The notes under the pieces were generated by a model that saw only the letters and a list, made by a program, of their open reading frames with translations, was not told where the DNA came from and searched no databases. A DNA stretch of 64,000 nt from an uncultured Gemmatimonadales bacterium (GTDB taxonomy: Bacteria; Actinomycetota; Acidimicrobiia; Spongiisociales; UBA5794), in the NCBI GenBank assembly GCA_964195945.1, contig CAXMRC010000037.1, positions 3,217-67,216 on the forward strand. Direction: 5' to 3'. Of the stretch, positions 1 through 9,638 are shown in pieces. How positions within the stretch are numbered: position 1 is the first letter of the stretch; every line of letters starts with the position of its first letter. Position numbers and translations under genes: made by a program.

Positions 1-2
1 TG

Positions 3-689
3 TTCAAAACCCTCGCCGATGAACTCGGTGAGACCATCCAGGCACCCGATCTCCCCGGCCACGGTCGCACCAACATCGACCCGATCAGTATGGAGACGGC
101 TGTCGCCGCCATCGTCGAGTTGCTGCGCCAAGCGCCCAAACCACCGCTGCTGCTCGGGTACTCGCAGGGCGGACGTGTCGCCCTTCACGTGGCGCTCGAT
201 CATCCGGAACTAGTCGGAGCACTGGTTCTGATCGCGACATCTCCCGGGCTTGGCGAGCGAGCCCGCAAGCTCCGCGCCGTCGCTGATGACGGATTGGCGG
301 CACGGATCGAGCAAATCGGGACCGAGCGATTCATTGAAGAGTGGCTAGCCAATCCGTTGACAGCCACAGACAGGGTGCCAAGCGCAACCCGCGAAGCCGA
401 CCGTCAGATACGACTGGAGAATACGGCCGCGGGACTCGCCGGAGCCCTGCGCGGTATGGGACAAGCTTCGGTGCCAGAGTCGCGAGAGCGAATCGCCACT
501 CTGCCAATGCCGGTTTCCTTTATCGCCGGTCGGCGTGATACCACATTCTCAGCGCTGGCGGCTGAAATGTCTGGTTTGCGGAACGCCCGGCCGGTGCTGG
601 TGAACGGCGCTGGTCACAACGTCATCCTCGATGCACCGCAAGCGGTGGCCGCCACGGTCAGGAACCTGCTCGATCAACAAACCGGCTGA
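3..689 (+). CDS. menH: Alpha/beta hydrolase, MenH (SHCHC synthase)-like; 5' end truncated by the window
   Basis: Frame is open from nt 3 (FKTLADELGETIQAPDLPGHG) into the tracked ORF; nucleophile motif GYSQGGRVAL; C-terminal GAGHN histidine; RxxxDxxLA and ENTAAGLA segments typical of MenH. Confidence 0.7.
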   Translation, partial: FKTLADELGETIQAPDLPGHGRTNIDPISMETAVAAIVELLRQAPKPPLLLGYSQGGRVALHVALDHPELVGALVLIATSPGLGERARKLRAVADDGLAARIEQIGTERFIEEWLANPLTATDRVPSATREADRQIRLENTAAGLAGALRGMGQASVPESRERIATLPMPVSFIAGRRDTTFSALAAEMSGLRNARPVLVNGAGHNVILDAPQAVAATVRNLLDQQTG

Positions 690-1578
690 TTGCAGCAATG
701 CACTCGGCTGGCCGGTTCAGCACCGACTCGTGGAATCCTCCGACCAGCTCGACGAGTTCCGCATCAGGCAACAGCGAAGAAAGCTCATATTGGGTTTCGG
801 GGGGCACGACTTCGTCAGCAGTAGGGATGATGATCATCGCTTCCTGCGGGAGTTCGCCGACCCAAGCTCTCGAGTCAAACCGCCACACCGCAGCCCCGAT
901 TTCGTAGTAGAGATCGGCATCACGTTTGATCAGCGCCTGGTGCATCCAACGGCGGTGGTTGTCAGCCACAGCGCCGGTCCGATGCAGAACCCCGCCCGTG
1001 ACACGGGCCACCTCGTATGAACTCAAGCGAAGGCCCCCCCGAGCCAGCCAGAAGGCGATACGAGTGGGAATACGGAATTCGGCAATCGGTCGCGCCGCGG
1101 TGGCGGCCAGGATCATCGCGCCTACATGGCGCGGATGACGTCTTGCCAACTCCTGAACAACCATTCCACCCATTGAATAGCCAAGGACCGTCGCCCCCGA
1201 GATGTCGAGAACATCGAACACGCCGGCCATGTCATCGGCGAGATCAGTGATTTCGACCTGGCCCCGCACCCAGTCACTACGGCCGTGGTTTCTCAAGTCC
1301 GGCACAATCACCCGGAACTTCTTCGCCAGCGCTGGGATGACCCTGTGAAACGTCATCGCACCGTCCAGGTTCCAGCCGTGGACCAACACCAACACAGGTG
1401 CATCTTCTCGACCGACCTCACGAACGAAGAACTCGTGGGCTCCAACGATGACCGTGCGACCCGGAACCGGCAACGGATTGTCCTGCGGCAGCTTGAACCG
1501 GGGCACCAACTCTGGGCCAAAGATCCGCCAGGCAAGCCAGCCGACGACGCTGTAGCTAATCCATCTAGTTAGCCGCAC
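658..1578 (-). CDS. Alpha/beta hydrolase fold protein
   Basis: LVHGW oxyanion segment, DLRNHGRS, GYSMGG nucleophile elbow, GGFH His. Confidence 0.85.
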   Translation of the reverse strand: MRLTRWISYSVVGWLAWRIFGPELVPRFKLPQDNPLPVPGRTVIVGAHEFFVREVGREDAPVLVLVHGWNLDGAMTFHRVIPALAKKFRVIVPDLRNHGRSDWVRGQVEITDLADDMAGVFDVLDISGATVLGYSMGGMVVQELARRHPRHVGAMILAATAARPIAEFRIPTRIAFWLARGGLRLSSYEVARVTGGVLHRTGAVADNHRRWMHQALIKRDADLYYEIGAAVWRFDSRAWVGELPQEAMIIIPTADEVVPPETQYELSSLLPDAELVELVGGFHESVLNRPAECIAAISRFVDRAGS

Positions 1579-1582
1579 GTTG

Positions 1583-2038
1583 CTAGTCCTCCAGAAATCG
1601 ACGGTTCACCCCTAAGGCGTCAACCGCAAAGATGTAATCGGTGACCGGGGCGCCCCCGACAAGATGCTCGGCGATGATTCGCTCCATCGCCGCCTCGTCG
1701 ACTGAGTGATACCAAACCCCCTCGGGGTAGACCACTGCGATTGGTCCCCGCTCGCACACACGCAGACAGTCCACTTTTGATCGCAGCACCGTTCCACCCG
1801 TGGCATCCGACTCCGACGGCGGTTCGTCGAGGTCGCGTCCCCGCCATGAGGGCGGCGCCGACGACAGGCCAAGATCCTTCAGCCGTCGCTTCAGATACAC
1901 CCACACCGCCGCACCATCTTCATACGAGGAGCAACGTGGGGTTGACTGCTGCGCACACAAAAGGATGTGACGATCGAGGGCGCCGATGCCGAGCGAATCC
2001 GAGATCGCACCGAGCCGACTCTGAGCGTTGCCTTCCAT
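1583..2038 (-). CDS. Thioredoxin-like [2Fe-2S] ferredoxin
   Basis: HILLC...PRC and [21 protein letters not shown] motif; TAGCTT -10 element 6 nt before ATG. Confidence 0.85.
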   Translation of the reverse strand: MEGNAQSRLGAISDSLGIGALDRHILLCAQQSTPRCSSYEDGAAVWVYLKRRLKDLGLSSAPPSWRGRDLDEPPSESDATGGTVLRSKVDCLRVCERGPIAVVYPEGVWYHSVDEAAMERIIAEHLVGGAPVTDYIFAVDALGVNRRFLED

Positions 2039-2120
2039 GACCGCAAGCTAGCCCGATTCCGCACGCATCGATCCGGACCGGCTGCGTATCATCAAACAAC
2101 GACAACACAGGACCAGACGA

Positions 2121-2804
2121 GTGGACCACTTCCAACAGATATATGCCAACGAGGCGACGACCTATCACCGGCTGGTTGCTGCTGAAGACGCCAACGGCGA
2201 GTTGTCCAGGCAACTCGACAGAGTCTCTGCCTCAGCGAAATCGATTGTCGACATCGGCACCGGCACCGGCCGTCTCGCCATACCACTGTGTCAGGAGGGG
2301 AAACAGGTTCACGGAGTCGATACCGCCCAAGCAATGTTGGACGTTGCTGCTTCAAAGCTCAACGGCTGCCCCGGCCAATGGGCGCTGAGCATCGGCGACG
2401 CCAGAGAACTCCCCATCGATGACGACTGGGCAGACGTCGTCGTTGCGGGATGGGTCTACGGTCACTTCACGGAGTGGTGGCCGGAGACCTGGGAGTCGCA
2501 CCTCGATCAAGCTCTCTCCGAAATGGGCCGCGTCGTCCGGCCGGGAGGCTTCGAGGTCGTCATTGACACCCTCGGCACCGCAGCAGATGTGCCAGCCGCA
2601 CCGACGCCGGGACTCGCCGAATATCACGGCCTGCTGGAGAGCATCGGATTCGAACGCACCGTCCTCCGCACCGACTACCAATTTGCTTCAGTCGACGAGT
2701 CAATCGAACTGCTCGAATGGTTCTTCGGACTCGGCGACTGGGCACGGCGCCATAACGATGCGCTCGTCCCAGAGTTCACCGGTTGGTGGGAACGCCGCCG
2801 CTAG
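2121..2804 (+). CDS. Class I SAM-dependent methyltransferase
   Basis: VDIGTGTGR motif I, GVD acidic motif II, GDARELP. Confidence 0.9.
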   Translation: MDHFQQIYANEATTYHRLVAAEDANGELSRQLDRVSASAKSIVDIGTGTGRLAIPLCQEGKQVHGVDTAQAMLDVAASKLNGCPGQWALSIGDARELPIDDDWADVVVAGWVYGHFTEWWPETWESHLDQALSEMGRVVRPGGFEVVIDTLGTAADVPAAPTPGLAEYHGLLESIGFERTVLRTDYQFASVDESIELLEWFFGLGDWARRHNDALVPEFTGWWERRR

Positions 2805-2974
2805 CCCGAAGTGTGGCACCGGCTCCCCACCCGCCAGAACCACACTCCGGACCTGTTCCCCCATCACCACCAAACCCAGGATCCTCGGCTAGCGAAGAAC
2901 CACATTGACGGCATTGCTTCCGACTGTTCCGGAGCCACACCCACCGGCGGAATCTTAGAACAAGGGAGACCGTC

Positions 2975-2993
2975 GATGCAAGACCCTTGCATC
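2975..2993. promoter_or_regulatory. Candidate TetR operator (8-bp inverted repeat)
   Basis: GATGCAAG-acc-CTTGCATC, 35 nt upstream of the TetR gene start. Confidence 0.4.
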
Positions 2994-3027
2994 CGGTGAA
3001 GGCAATTGGACCACCTATGCTGAGGCA

Positions 3028-3669
3028 ATGACTGCCGAACAAGACCTCGATGCTGGTATTGACGCCGCGGGCCTCCGCATTTCCTCCTCGGCGCCCGCGG
3101 TGATTCGAGTGGCACGAGCATTGTTCGACCAACTCCCGTTTCGCGATGTCTCGGTGGGGATGGTCGCCCGCGCTGCCGGTGTGAACGAAGTCACGATCTA
3201 CCGGATCTTTGGTTCCAAGGACGGGCTTGCCGCCGCGTGCTGGCTCGGCAATGTCGAGGCGCTGCGCCGCGGAATCAACAGGGATCGCCACGAGCCATGG
3301 AGCCCGATCGACCGGGTCCGACGACATTTGACCCGCCTCGCTCGGATAGCCCTTAAAGACCGGGCTGTCACTTTTGCGTTGCTGCAAGCAGTCGAGGCAC
3401 AGACGGTGGAGCGTGGTTCAAAGATCGGGGCTCTTGACCCGCGGGCGTTGGTCCCCCTACCTCTGTTGCTGGAACCGCTTATCGCCGATGCCCAAGATGC
3501 CGGTCAGCTGATTGACAACTACTCAAGCATTGAACTCGCAGCTTTCCTGGGGAACTCGATGCTTATTCGGCTAATGACCAGGCCGGATGCACCCGCCGCC
3601 GAGAGCGCAGCATTCGTTCTCGATGTTGCTCTGAACGGGATCGCAACCGGTGGGCGGCACCCTGCATGA
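3028..3669 (+). CDS. TetR/AcrR family transcriptional regulator
   Basis: HTH SVGMVARAAGVNEVTIYRIFGSKDGL; TATGCT -10 at 3016-3021, 6 nt before ATG. Confidence 0.9.
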   Translation: MTAEQDLDAGIDAAGLRISSSAPAVIRVARALFDQLPFRDVSVGMVARAAGVNEVTIYRIFGSKDGLAAACWLGNVEALRRGINRDRHEPWSPIDRVRRHLTRLARIALKDRAVTFALLQAVEAQTVERGSKIGALDPRALVPLPLLLEPLIADAQDAGQLIDNYSSIELAAFLGNSMLIRLMTRPDAPAAESAAFVLDVALNGIATGGRHPA

Positions 3670-4418
3670 TGCTGCGCAGACAACGCGAGATCACCGAAGT
3701 CGCCAACGGCGTATTCCGGCTTGGAAGCAGGCACGTCAACTGGTATGTCGTGGTCGATGGTGGATCCATAACCGTCGTAGACACCGGCCTGCCTAGATAC
3801 TGGCCCCAGCTCACCCATCTTCTATCGGCAATCGGGCGCTCCCTGAGTGACATCGAGGCCGTTCTCCTAACCCATGCTCATCCCGACCACCTCGGCAACG
3901 CCGAACGACTCGCCAAGGTGGGCGGAGCAGCTGTGATGATCCACGAAGAAGATGCCCCCGCCGCAATGAGGCAGGTTCGCATTCCGCCGCCCAGGGTCTC
4001 GTTGTGGCGACCCTCGATACTTGCGTTTTCGTTGCATGGGATCCGCAACGGCCTGTTGAGGTGGCCAACCGTCGCATCGCCAAATGCGATTGGTAGCGGC
4101 ACTCACCTCGACATACCCGGGAGACCGATGGCGATTCATACGCCGGGCCACACCGTCGGCAGCACTTGCTTTGCTTTCGAGGACAGAGACGCCATCATGG
4201 TTGGCGACGCCCTGTTCAACAAGAATCCCGACACAGGGCGAGAGGACCCGATCGTTAGCTCTGCGCATTTCAGCGCAGACCACCACGCAGCTGTCACTTC
4301 GCTGTTACAAATCGAGGGTCTTGCTCATCGCACGGTGCTCTTTGGACACGGTGAGCCATCTAACCGAGGGATTCAGACCGTGGTCCGTCAGGCGCGCACC
4401 CACATCGACTCGGCCTAG
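3666..4418 (+). CDS. Metallo-beta-lactamase fold hydrolase
   Basis: THAHPDHLG, TPGHT, VGDAL, FGHG; ATGA overlap with the TetR gene. Confidence 0.92.
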   Translation: MMLRRQREITEVANGVFRLGSRHVNWYVVVDGGSITVVDTGLPRYWPQLTHLLSAIGRSLSDIEAVLLTHAHPDHLGNAERLAKVGGAAVMIHEEDAPAAMRQVRIPPPRVSLWRPSILAFSLHGIRNGLLRWPTVASPNAIGSGTHLDIPGRPMAIHTPGHTVGSTCFAFEDRDAIMVGDALFNKNPDTGREDPIVSSAHFSADHHAAVTSLLQIEGLAHRTVLFGHGEPSNRGIQTVVRQARTHIDSA

Positions 4419-4461
4419 TGGTACGTCGCACAAATAACCACCGTGTCTCTCCGTCCCACAC

Positions 4462-4558
4462 CGCCTGCCCGTCGGGCAGGTACGGCTGCGCCTTCCTCCT
4501 CAACGCAGTGCAGTGACTCCGCCCTCTGACGTCGCCTGTCCTTCGGACAGGTCGGCTG
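4462..4558. repeat. Pair of REP-like palindromes between convergent genes
   Basis: cgCCTGCCC-gtc-GGGCAGGtacggctg (4462-4488) and cgCCTGTCC-ttc-GGACAGGtcggctg (4533-4558); 7-bp stems with a compensatory C-G to T-A change. Confidence 0.55.
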
Positions 4559-4614
4559 TGCCGGATGACGCCGATGCCTCGGAGACACCCTGGCGCTATC
4601 TATGCGACACAGCA

Positions 4615-7392
4615 CTATTCGTCGGAACAAATCGACAGGATCTCGTCTCCGTACGCATCGAGTTTTGCCGGGCCGATGCCGGAGATCATGATCAGCTCCC
4701 GTTCGGTTCTTGGTCGTGCCGCGGCGATGGCATGGAGCGTCTTGTCAGTGAGGATCACGTAAGCAGGCACCGAACTGGCAACCGCGGTCTCGAGACGCCA
4801 TGTCTTGAGCTGTTCAACGAGGGTCTCGTCAACCGCAACATCCTCCAGCGGCCGCAACAATGGACCGCTTCCTGAAGGGGCAGTCACTGTCTCGCCCCAC
4901 GTCACAAGCATGGAGCTGGTACCAGAGTCGAGGGCAACGACCACACCACCTTCCTCAAATTCTTCGACAACCCCCCCATATCCACCAGCAACACGAATGC
5001 GATCTCCGACACTGGTAGCCACCCCGTCGCGGCGCCCGGCTGTCGCCACCACCTTTGGCTCCACCCGCGCTGCCTTCCCCGTCATCTCATCAAGAAAGAC
5101 CGAGGGGCGGGCCTTGTCGGCAAGCACGACCACCTGTTTGCGACCACGGGTGATCGCAACATGAAAGACCCTCCGTTCCTCCTCCCGATCCTCTGCCAGA
5201 TCGTGGGGAAACAAGCCTCGATCGGCGCCAAACACGACCACCCTGTCCCATTCCATTCCTTTGACACGATGCACCGTGCTCAGCTCAACACCATGAGGAT
5301 CATCGGTGTGATCCAGGGCGGTGCGGAGCCAGGGTTCGAAGTCTGCAAGGGCGCGATGCAATACCGCTGCCCTGCGCAGCGCGACCAGGTCGTCTGATTG
5401 CGCCGAACGGTCGGCACGACGCCTGCCCGCATCCAGGGCGACGGCAGCACCGCTGAGACCAATCTCACTCGTGATGACATCAAGCATGCCGATGCTGTCA
5501 CCAGCCTCCGCAACTTCGACCGCTCTGGCGATGTCATCGCAGAAACCGTCCCACTTGGAGGCTTGATTGCCATCCAACTTGCCACCCATCGAATAGAGAT
5601 CATCGAGCGAGACCCGGCTGCGCCGCCCGACGAGTTGACTGGTGAGACGGGTCAAGCCGCGCGCCGGACGACGAACGATCTTCATGAGATCGGAAGTTCG
5701 GATCGAGTCTGGGTTGAGCCCGATCCTGATCCAAGCCAGGGCGGCGGCCGTCACGGTACGTTCCAACACATCGCTTCCCAGCGGGGAGTGGAACGGGATC
5801 CCCGCCTCCACAAAGGCAACATGGGCGGGCAGCAAAGCTGAATTGACCCTGCACAGCACTGCAATCTCAGCGGCTGGGGTCTCGCCGAGCCACTCACCTA
5901 CTCGCACTGCACATTGCAGACCAAGTTCAGAGCCCGCCTGCCGGTCGATGGTCAGCGCGTCGTTCTGCTCGTCGTCAACGCCGGGTCTGATGACCTTGTC
6001 TACTCGACGGTCGTTGTAGCTCAGGAGGGTTGCGGCGGCTTCGACCACGCTTGGAGGGCACCGGTAGTTCACCTCGAGAGGATGTGACGCTGCGCCAGGG
6101 AATAGCTTGTCATAGTCGATGAGGAAGCCGGGGTCGGCGCCGAGGTACCCGTAGATGACCTGGTCGTCATCACCCACGCCAAACACATTGAGACCCGGTG
6201 CAGCCAGCAAACGGATCAGCAATAGGTAACTAGGGGTGAGGTCCTGGAACTCATCGACGACCATGTGCCGGCACCGGTCCTGCCATTGATAACGAAGATC
6301 GGGCATGGTCAATAGAGCTTGGATAGCTCCGTAGACCTGCTCATCGAAATCGGCTTCCCTCCTGTCCTGGATCATGCTCCGATAACGCTCGTAGACGCGA
6401 GCGAAATCAGGAACGTCATCACGAAACGCCTCCACCTCATCTGGGGGGCGGAGCCCGATCCGGACCTCACCGAGCGCTTCGATGTACGGTCCGATTACGT
6501 CCGAGTTGGGTCGGCGCGGGGCCTCGACCAAGCCGTCGAGGAGGCGCCGCTGCTCGCGCTCGTTGAGCAACGCAAGACCGCCCCTGGCTTGTCGCAGAAT
6601 CTCCCATCCCAGCGAGTGGATGGTTCGCACCTTGAGCCCCGACCGTGGCCGGAGTCGTTCTCGCATCTCGGCGGCGGCCCGGTTGTTGTAGGCCAGCGCA
6701 CAGATGATTCCGGGTTCGACGCCCCGGTCATCGATGAGGTGCCGTACCCGGGCGGTCAAGGTTCGGGTCTTCCCCGATCCGGCAGGAGCGATGATGCGGG
6801 CCGGACCGGATGCATGTGTGGCGGCGGCACGCTGGTCGGGCGCAAGATCCTGGAACGATGTCTCGACACTGGTCGGCGCTACCCGCAGCGACCCGAGCGT
6901 TACAGACTCAGCGTGGACCACGGGGTCCTCGAGTCCAGCCAAAGGACCGCGCGGACCTCCGTCCACCCACGCTTCGGTGCCATCGGCGAGGACGATGTCC
7001 ATCGTCTGCCCCGGCCGAGCACCAAGAGATACAGCCTTCCGACCCCACCACCAGATCAGCTCGCTGCTGCGATAGTCGTAGCTGTTGACCCAAACGAGGT
7101 GGTGTAATCGCTCCCTGTTGAATGCAAAGCCACGCCGCAGCCGCCATGGGTCCATTGGTGATGTCTCTGGTTTTCTCAGCACTGCGGGATCGACACTCAA
7201 CTCGATGACGATCGGCTCCCGATTCACCCAGGCGCGATGCAGCTGATCGACCAGTACTTCCATCGCCTCCCGATCGTCAATGATCTGCTGGGTGACGCTG
7301 ACGGACGCCGCCTGCTCCCACGGTTCGGGCGCGGCGTCGGCCCGGCCGACAACGACCGAACGTCCCAGTACGACAGGAGGGGGCGGGTTCAC
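4615..7392 (-). CDS. UvrD/REP-family SF1 DNA helicase with C-terminal HRDC domain
   Basis: APAGSGKT, VVDEFQD, VGDDDQ, NYRC, STVHRVKGMEW, EEERRVFHVAITR; HRDC LKTWR...VPAYVILTDKTL...ISGIGPAK. Start GTG 7392 chosen from TATGCT -10 7 nt upstream (ORF is open to 7440). Confidence 0.92.
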   Translation of the reverse strand: MNPPPPVVLGRSVVVGRADAAPEPWEQAASVSVTQQIIDDREAMEVLVDQLHRAWVNREPIVIELSVDPAVLRKPETSPMDPWRLRRGFAFNRERLHHLVWVNSYDYRSSELIWWWGRKAVSLGARPGQTMDIVLADGTEAWVDGGPRGPLAGLEDPVVHAESVTLGSLRVAPTSVETSFQDLAPDQRAAATHASGPARIIAPAGSGKTRTLTARVRHLIDDRGVEPGIICALAYNNRAAAEMRERLRPRSGLKVRTIHSLGWEILRQARGGLALLNEREQRRLLDGLVEAPRRPNSDVIGPYIEALGEVRIGLRPPDEVEAFRDDVPDFARVYERYRSMIQDRREADFDEQVYGAIQALLTMPDLRYQWQDRCRHMVVDEFQDLTPSYLLLIRLLAAPGLNVFGVGDDDQVIYGYLGADPGFLIDYDKLFPGAASHPLEVNYRCPPSVVEAAATLLSYNDRRVDKVIRPGVDDEQNDALTIDRQAGSELGLQCAVRVGEWLGETPAAEIAVLCRVNSALLPAHVAFVEAGIPFHSPLGSDVLERTVTAAALAWIRIGLNPDSIRTSDLMKIVRRPARGLTRLTSQLVGRRSRVSLDDLYSMGGKLDGNQASKWDGFCDDIARAVEVAEAGDSIGMLDVITSEIGLSGAAVALDAGRRRADRSAQSDDLVALRRAAVLHRALADFEPWLRTALDHTDDPHGVELSTVHRVKGMEWDRVVVFGADRGLFPHDLAEDREEERRVFHVAITRGRKQVVVLADKARPSVFLDEMTGKAARVEPKVVATAGRRDGVATSVGDRIRVAGGYGGVVEEFEEGGVVVALDSGTSSMLVTWGETVTAPSGSGPLLRPLEDVAVDETLVEQLKTWRLETAVASSVPAYVILTDKTLHAIAAARPRTERELIMISGIGPAKLDAYGDEILSICSDE

Positions 7393-7449
7393 GTCGCGCA
7401 GCATACGGGGGCGCTGGGACACAACCAGAAAAGGATCCAACGCGCGGCG

Positions 7450-8271
7450 TTAGCCAAGCGGCTCGATCTCAAAAACGGTTCCGCCTTCTGGATGATCGAA
7501 TCGAATCGCGGCGGTCTTTTCACTCATGTGATGAACACGTAGGAAGAGCTCGACAAACGGGTCGTCATATCCAGAGGAGCCAGCGTTGACTGCCAGCACC
7601 CCGCGCGGCACGGTGAAGCCGCCATCGGAGATGACACCTGCCAGGATGACCCCGTTGAGCGTTACCAACACCCGGTCACCGACGCTGAGTCCGGCGGCGT
7701 CGAGATGGGACTTGCGAAGCGTCGTCTTGATATTGCCAAACCCGTCGGTCCAGGCCACCAGATGTGATGGCACATCCTCGATAGTTGCCGGATCAAGCGT
7801 GTCGGTCAGCACCGAGTAGTCACCATCGACAATGGCGGCGACGTACTTGGGGAAGAAGTCCCGAGAACGGAACTGGGAACCGGCTGCGGGGCTGGCCACG
7901 TCGCGGTATTCGACGATGCGATCCTTGATGAAACTGAACGCGTACTCGGAGCAGACACTGACGACTTCGACGCCGTTGTCCAGCTTGGCGTATCGCAAAC
8001 CCCTTCCCCGATTCTCAGCGGAGACTTCATCGCGATCGCGCCGCGGTGCCGCGTTGCCAAAGATGACCATGCGATCTGATGCCTGCCCTAGCGCCAACTG
8101 TGCAGTGGCGAACCCGACCGCGATCGTATCGAGCGGCGGGGTCGAAGTCTGATGTATCGCAACCGAGCCAGGATCGACAAGCGAGGTATGGAAACGGGTC
8201 ATTATCTCGGCGAATTCGAGCCCGTCGGGGGCGTAGTCGCAGATCATGTGGAGAAGGGTTGGTCTATTCAC
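7450..8271 (-). CDS. SAM hydroxide adenosyltransferase / SAM-dependent halogenase family protein (DUF62), divergent
   Basis: N-terminal CDY, QFRSRDFFP, DGFGNIKTT and VNAGSSG...ELF segments match the family layout; TACCAT -10 at 8278-8283. Confidence 0.75.
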   Translation of the reverse strand: MNRPTLLHMICDYAPDGLEFAEIMTRFHTSLVDPGSVAIHQTSTPPLDTIAVGFATAQLALGQASDRMVIFGNAAPRRDRDEVSAENRGRGLRYAKLDNGVEVVSVCSEYAFSFIKDRIVEYRDVASPAAGSQFRSRDFFPKYVAAIVDGDYSVLTDTLDPATIEDVPSHLVAWTDGFGNIKTTLRKSHLDAAGLSVGDRVLVTLNGVILAGVISDGGFTVPRGVLAVNAGSSGYDDPFVELFLRVHHMSEKTAAIRFDHPEGGTVFEIEPLG

Positions 8272-8357
8272 GGGCCGATGGTAACCCGTGGCGAGTTGCC
8301 TGCAGCAGAGTTGCGGGTTTAGTCACCAGGGGCATGCGATCAGATCAGGCAAATGCT

Positions 8358-9410
8358 CTAGAGAACCTTGATGACACCGGACGGTCCGTCGGCGAAGTCT
8401 CGTTCCGTGATACGGCCGATGACAACGCCAAGCTCGCCTTCATCTTCGAGCGCCTGCAACAGAGCGTTGGCCAGCGGGGCTTCGATCGTCAACAACAACC
8501 CACCGCTGGTCTGTGCGTCAGCCAGGAGAAGCTGGCCAGCGCGATCGACGTCTCCAAAACGGGTATACCGTTCCGCGGACACCAGATTGCGCTCTGTGCC
8601 ACCTGGAAAAACATCGTTGGCAGCAAGCTCGGCTGCACCAGGAAGCAACGGAACCGCATCCATGTCTATCTGGGCGCTGACCTCGCTCCCCCGGATCATC
8701 TCGCCAAGATGGCCGAGCAGACCAAACCCCGTCACGTCGGTAGCTCCCGACACGCCGACCCGCCTCATAGCCCTTGCGGCCCCGGCGTTGAGCCTCGCCA
8801 TTGTCTCGACAGCCGTGTCTCGAACCGAGCTGTCGACGACACCTCGCTTGATCCCGGTTGTGATGAGCCCCGTCCCAATCGGTTTGGTCAGCACCAACAC
8901 ATCCCCAGGACGGGCACCATCGTTTCTGACGATCTCGTCCGGATGGACGACACCGGTCACCGCAAGCCCGTACTTGGGCTCGGGATCATCGATACTGTGG
9001 CCGCCCACCAATGTGCAATTGGCCTCCTCGAGCACAGCAGCGCCACCCTCGAGCACGTCACCAAGCAGATCAAACGGAAGACGGTCTCGTGGCCACCCCA
9101 CAATTTGCAGAGCAGTCAGCGGCGTGCCGCCCATTGCGTAAATATCGGAGAGGGCATTGGCCGCGGCGATCCGTCCCCAGTCGAAGGCCTCATCAACAAT
9201 CGGAGTGAAGAAGTCAACTGATTGCACAAGAGCAACATCATCAGAGATGCGATATACACCAGCGTCGTCCGATCCGGCTATGCCAACAAGGAGGTCGTCG
9301 TGCCGGACAACGGGTGAGTTGTTCACACGGCGCAGAACCTGCGCCAGCTCGTCAGGGCCGAGCTTGCAGGCTCAACCAGCCCCGTGAGTAAACGATGTCA
9401 ACCGCTCCAT
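8358..9410 (-). CDS. selD: Selenide, water dikinase (selenophosphate synthetase), selenocysteine-containing
   Basis: ATG 9410 with GGAGG SD gives MERLTSFTHGAG-UGA(9374-9372)-ACKLGPDELAQVL, in frame with the tracked ORF; motifs SDDAGVY, QSVDFFTP, NALSDIYAMG, GGHSI, DVTGFGLLGH, DAQTSGGLL. Confidence 0.95.
9329..9345 (-). promoter_or_regulatory. Bacterial SECIS-like hairpin downstream of the selD UGA
   Basis: GGCGCA-GGUUC-UGCGCC; loop starts with G about 32 nt 3' of the UGA and resembles the E. coli fdhF apical GCAGGUCUGC. Confidence 0.7.
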
Positions 9411-9554
9411 GACGCGCCTCCCTTCTATGCAAGAAACGACAGTCTACGAGCGAACTGCACTGTTGTAACCGCTCGATTTGGGCCACTGGCTCGTGGCACT
9501 AACCGACTGCGGACTACCCCATCCGAGCCGACTAGCTGTCGGGTCCTCTATCGG

Positions 9555-9638
9555 TATCATTTCGGCGACCGGGTGATTCACCACCACCCGGGTTTCCAAC
9601 AGGTCCCCTCGTCCCCCCTGGGGGGCCTGTTGCTTTTT
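9555..9638 (+). ncRNA. Candidate two-hairpin sRNA with C-rich loops, or transcription attenuator, upstream of mgtE
   Basis: TATCAT -10 (9555-9560); hairpin CCGGGTG/CACCCGG (9569-9591); hairpin CAACAGGTCCCC/GGGGGCCTGTTG (9597-9632) with a CCCCCC loop; TTTTT 9634-9638. Confidence 0.45.

Noticed and set aside
2805-3000. Minus-strand CRQCG...GPECG Zn-ribbon-like peptide
   Set aside because: One Cys is missing, there is no credible start, and the frame overlaps the TetR gene; probably chance.
7450-9410. Selenoneine (senABC) or selenouridine (selU) cluster around selD
   Set aside because: No EgtB-like, SenB-like or SelU gene is adjacent; the rhodanese is 43 kb away and is an ordinary SseA type.
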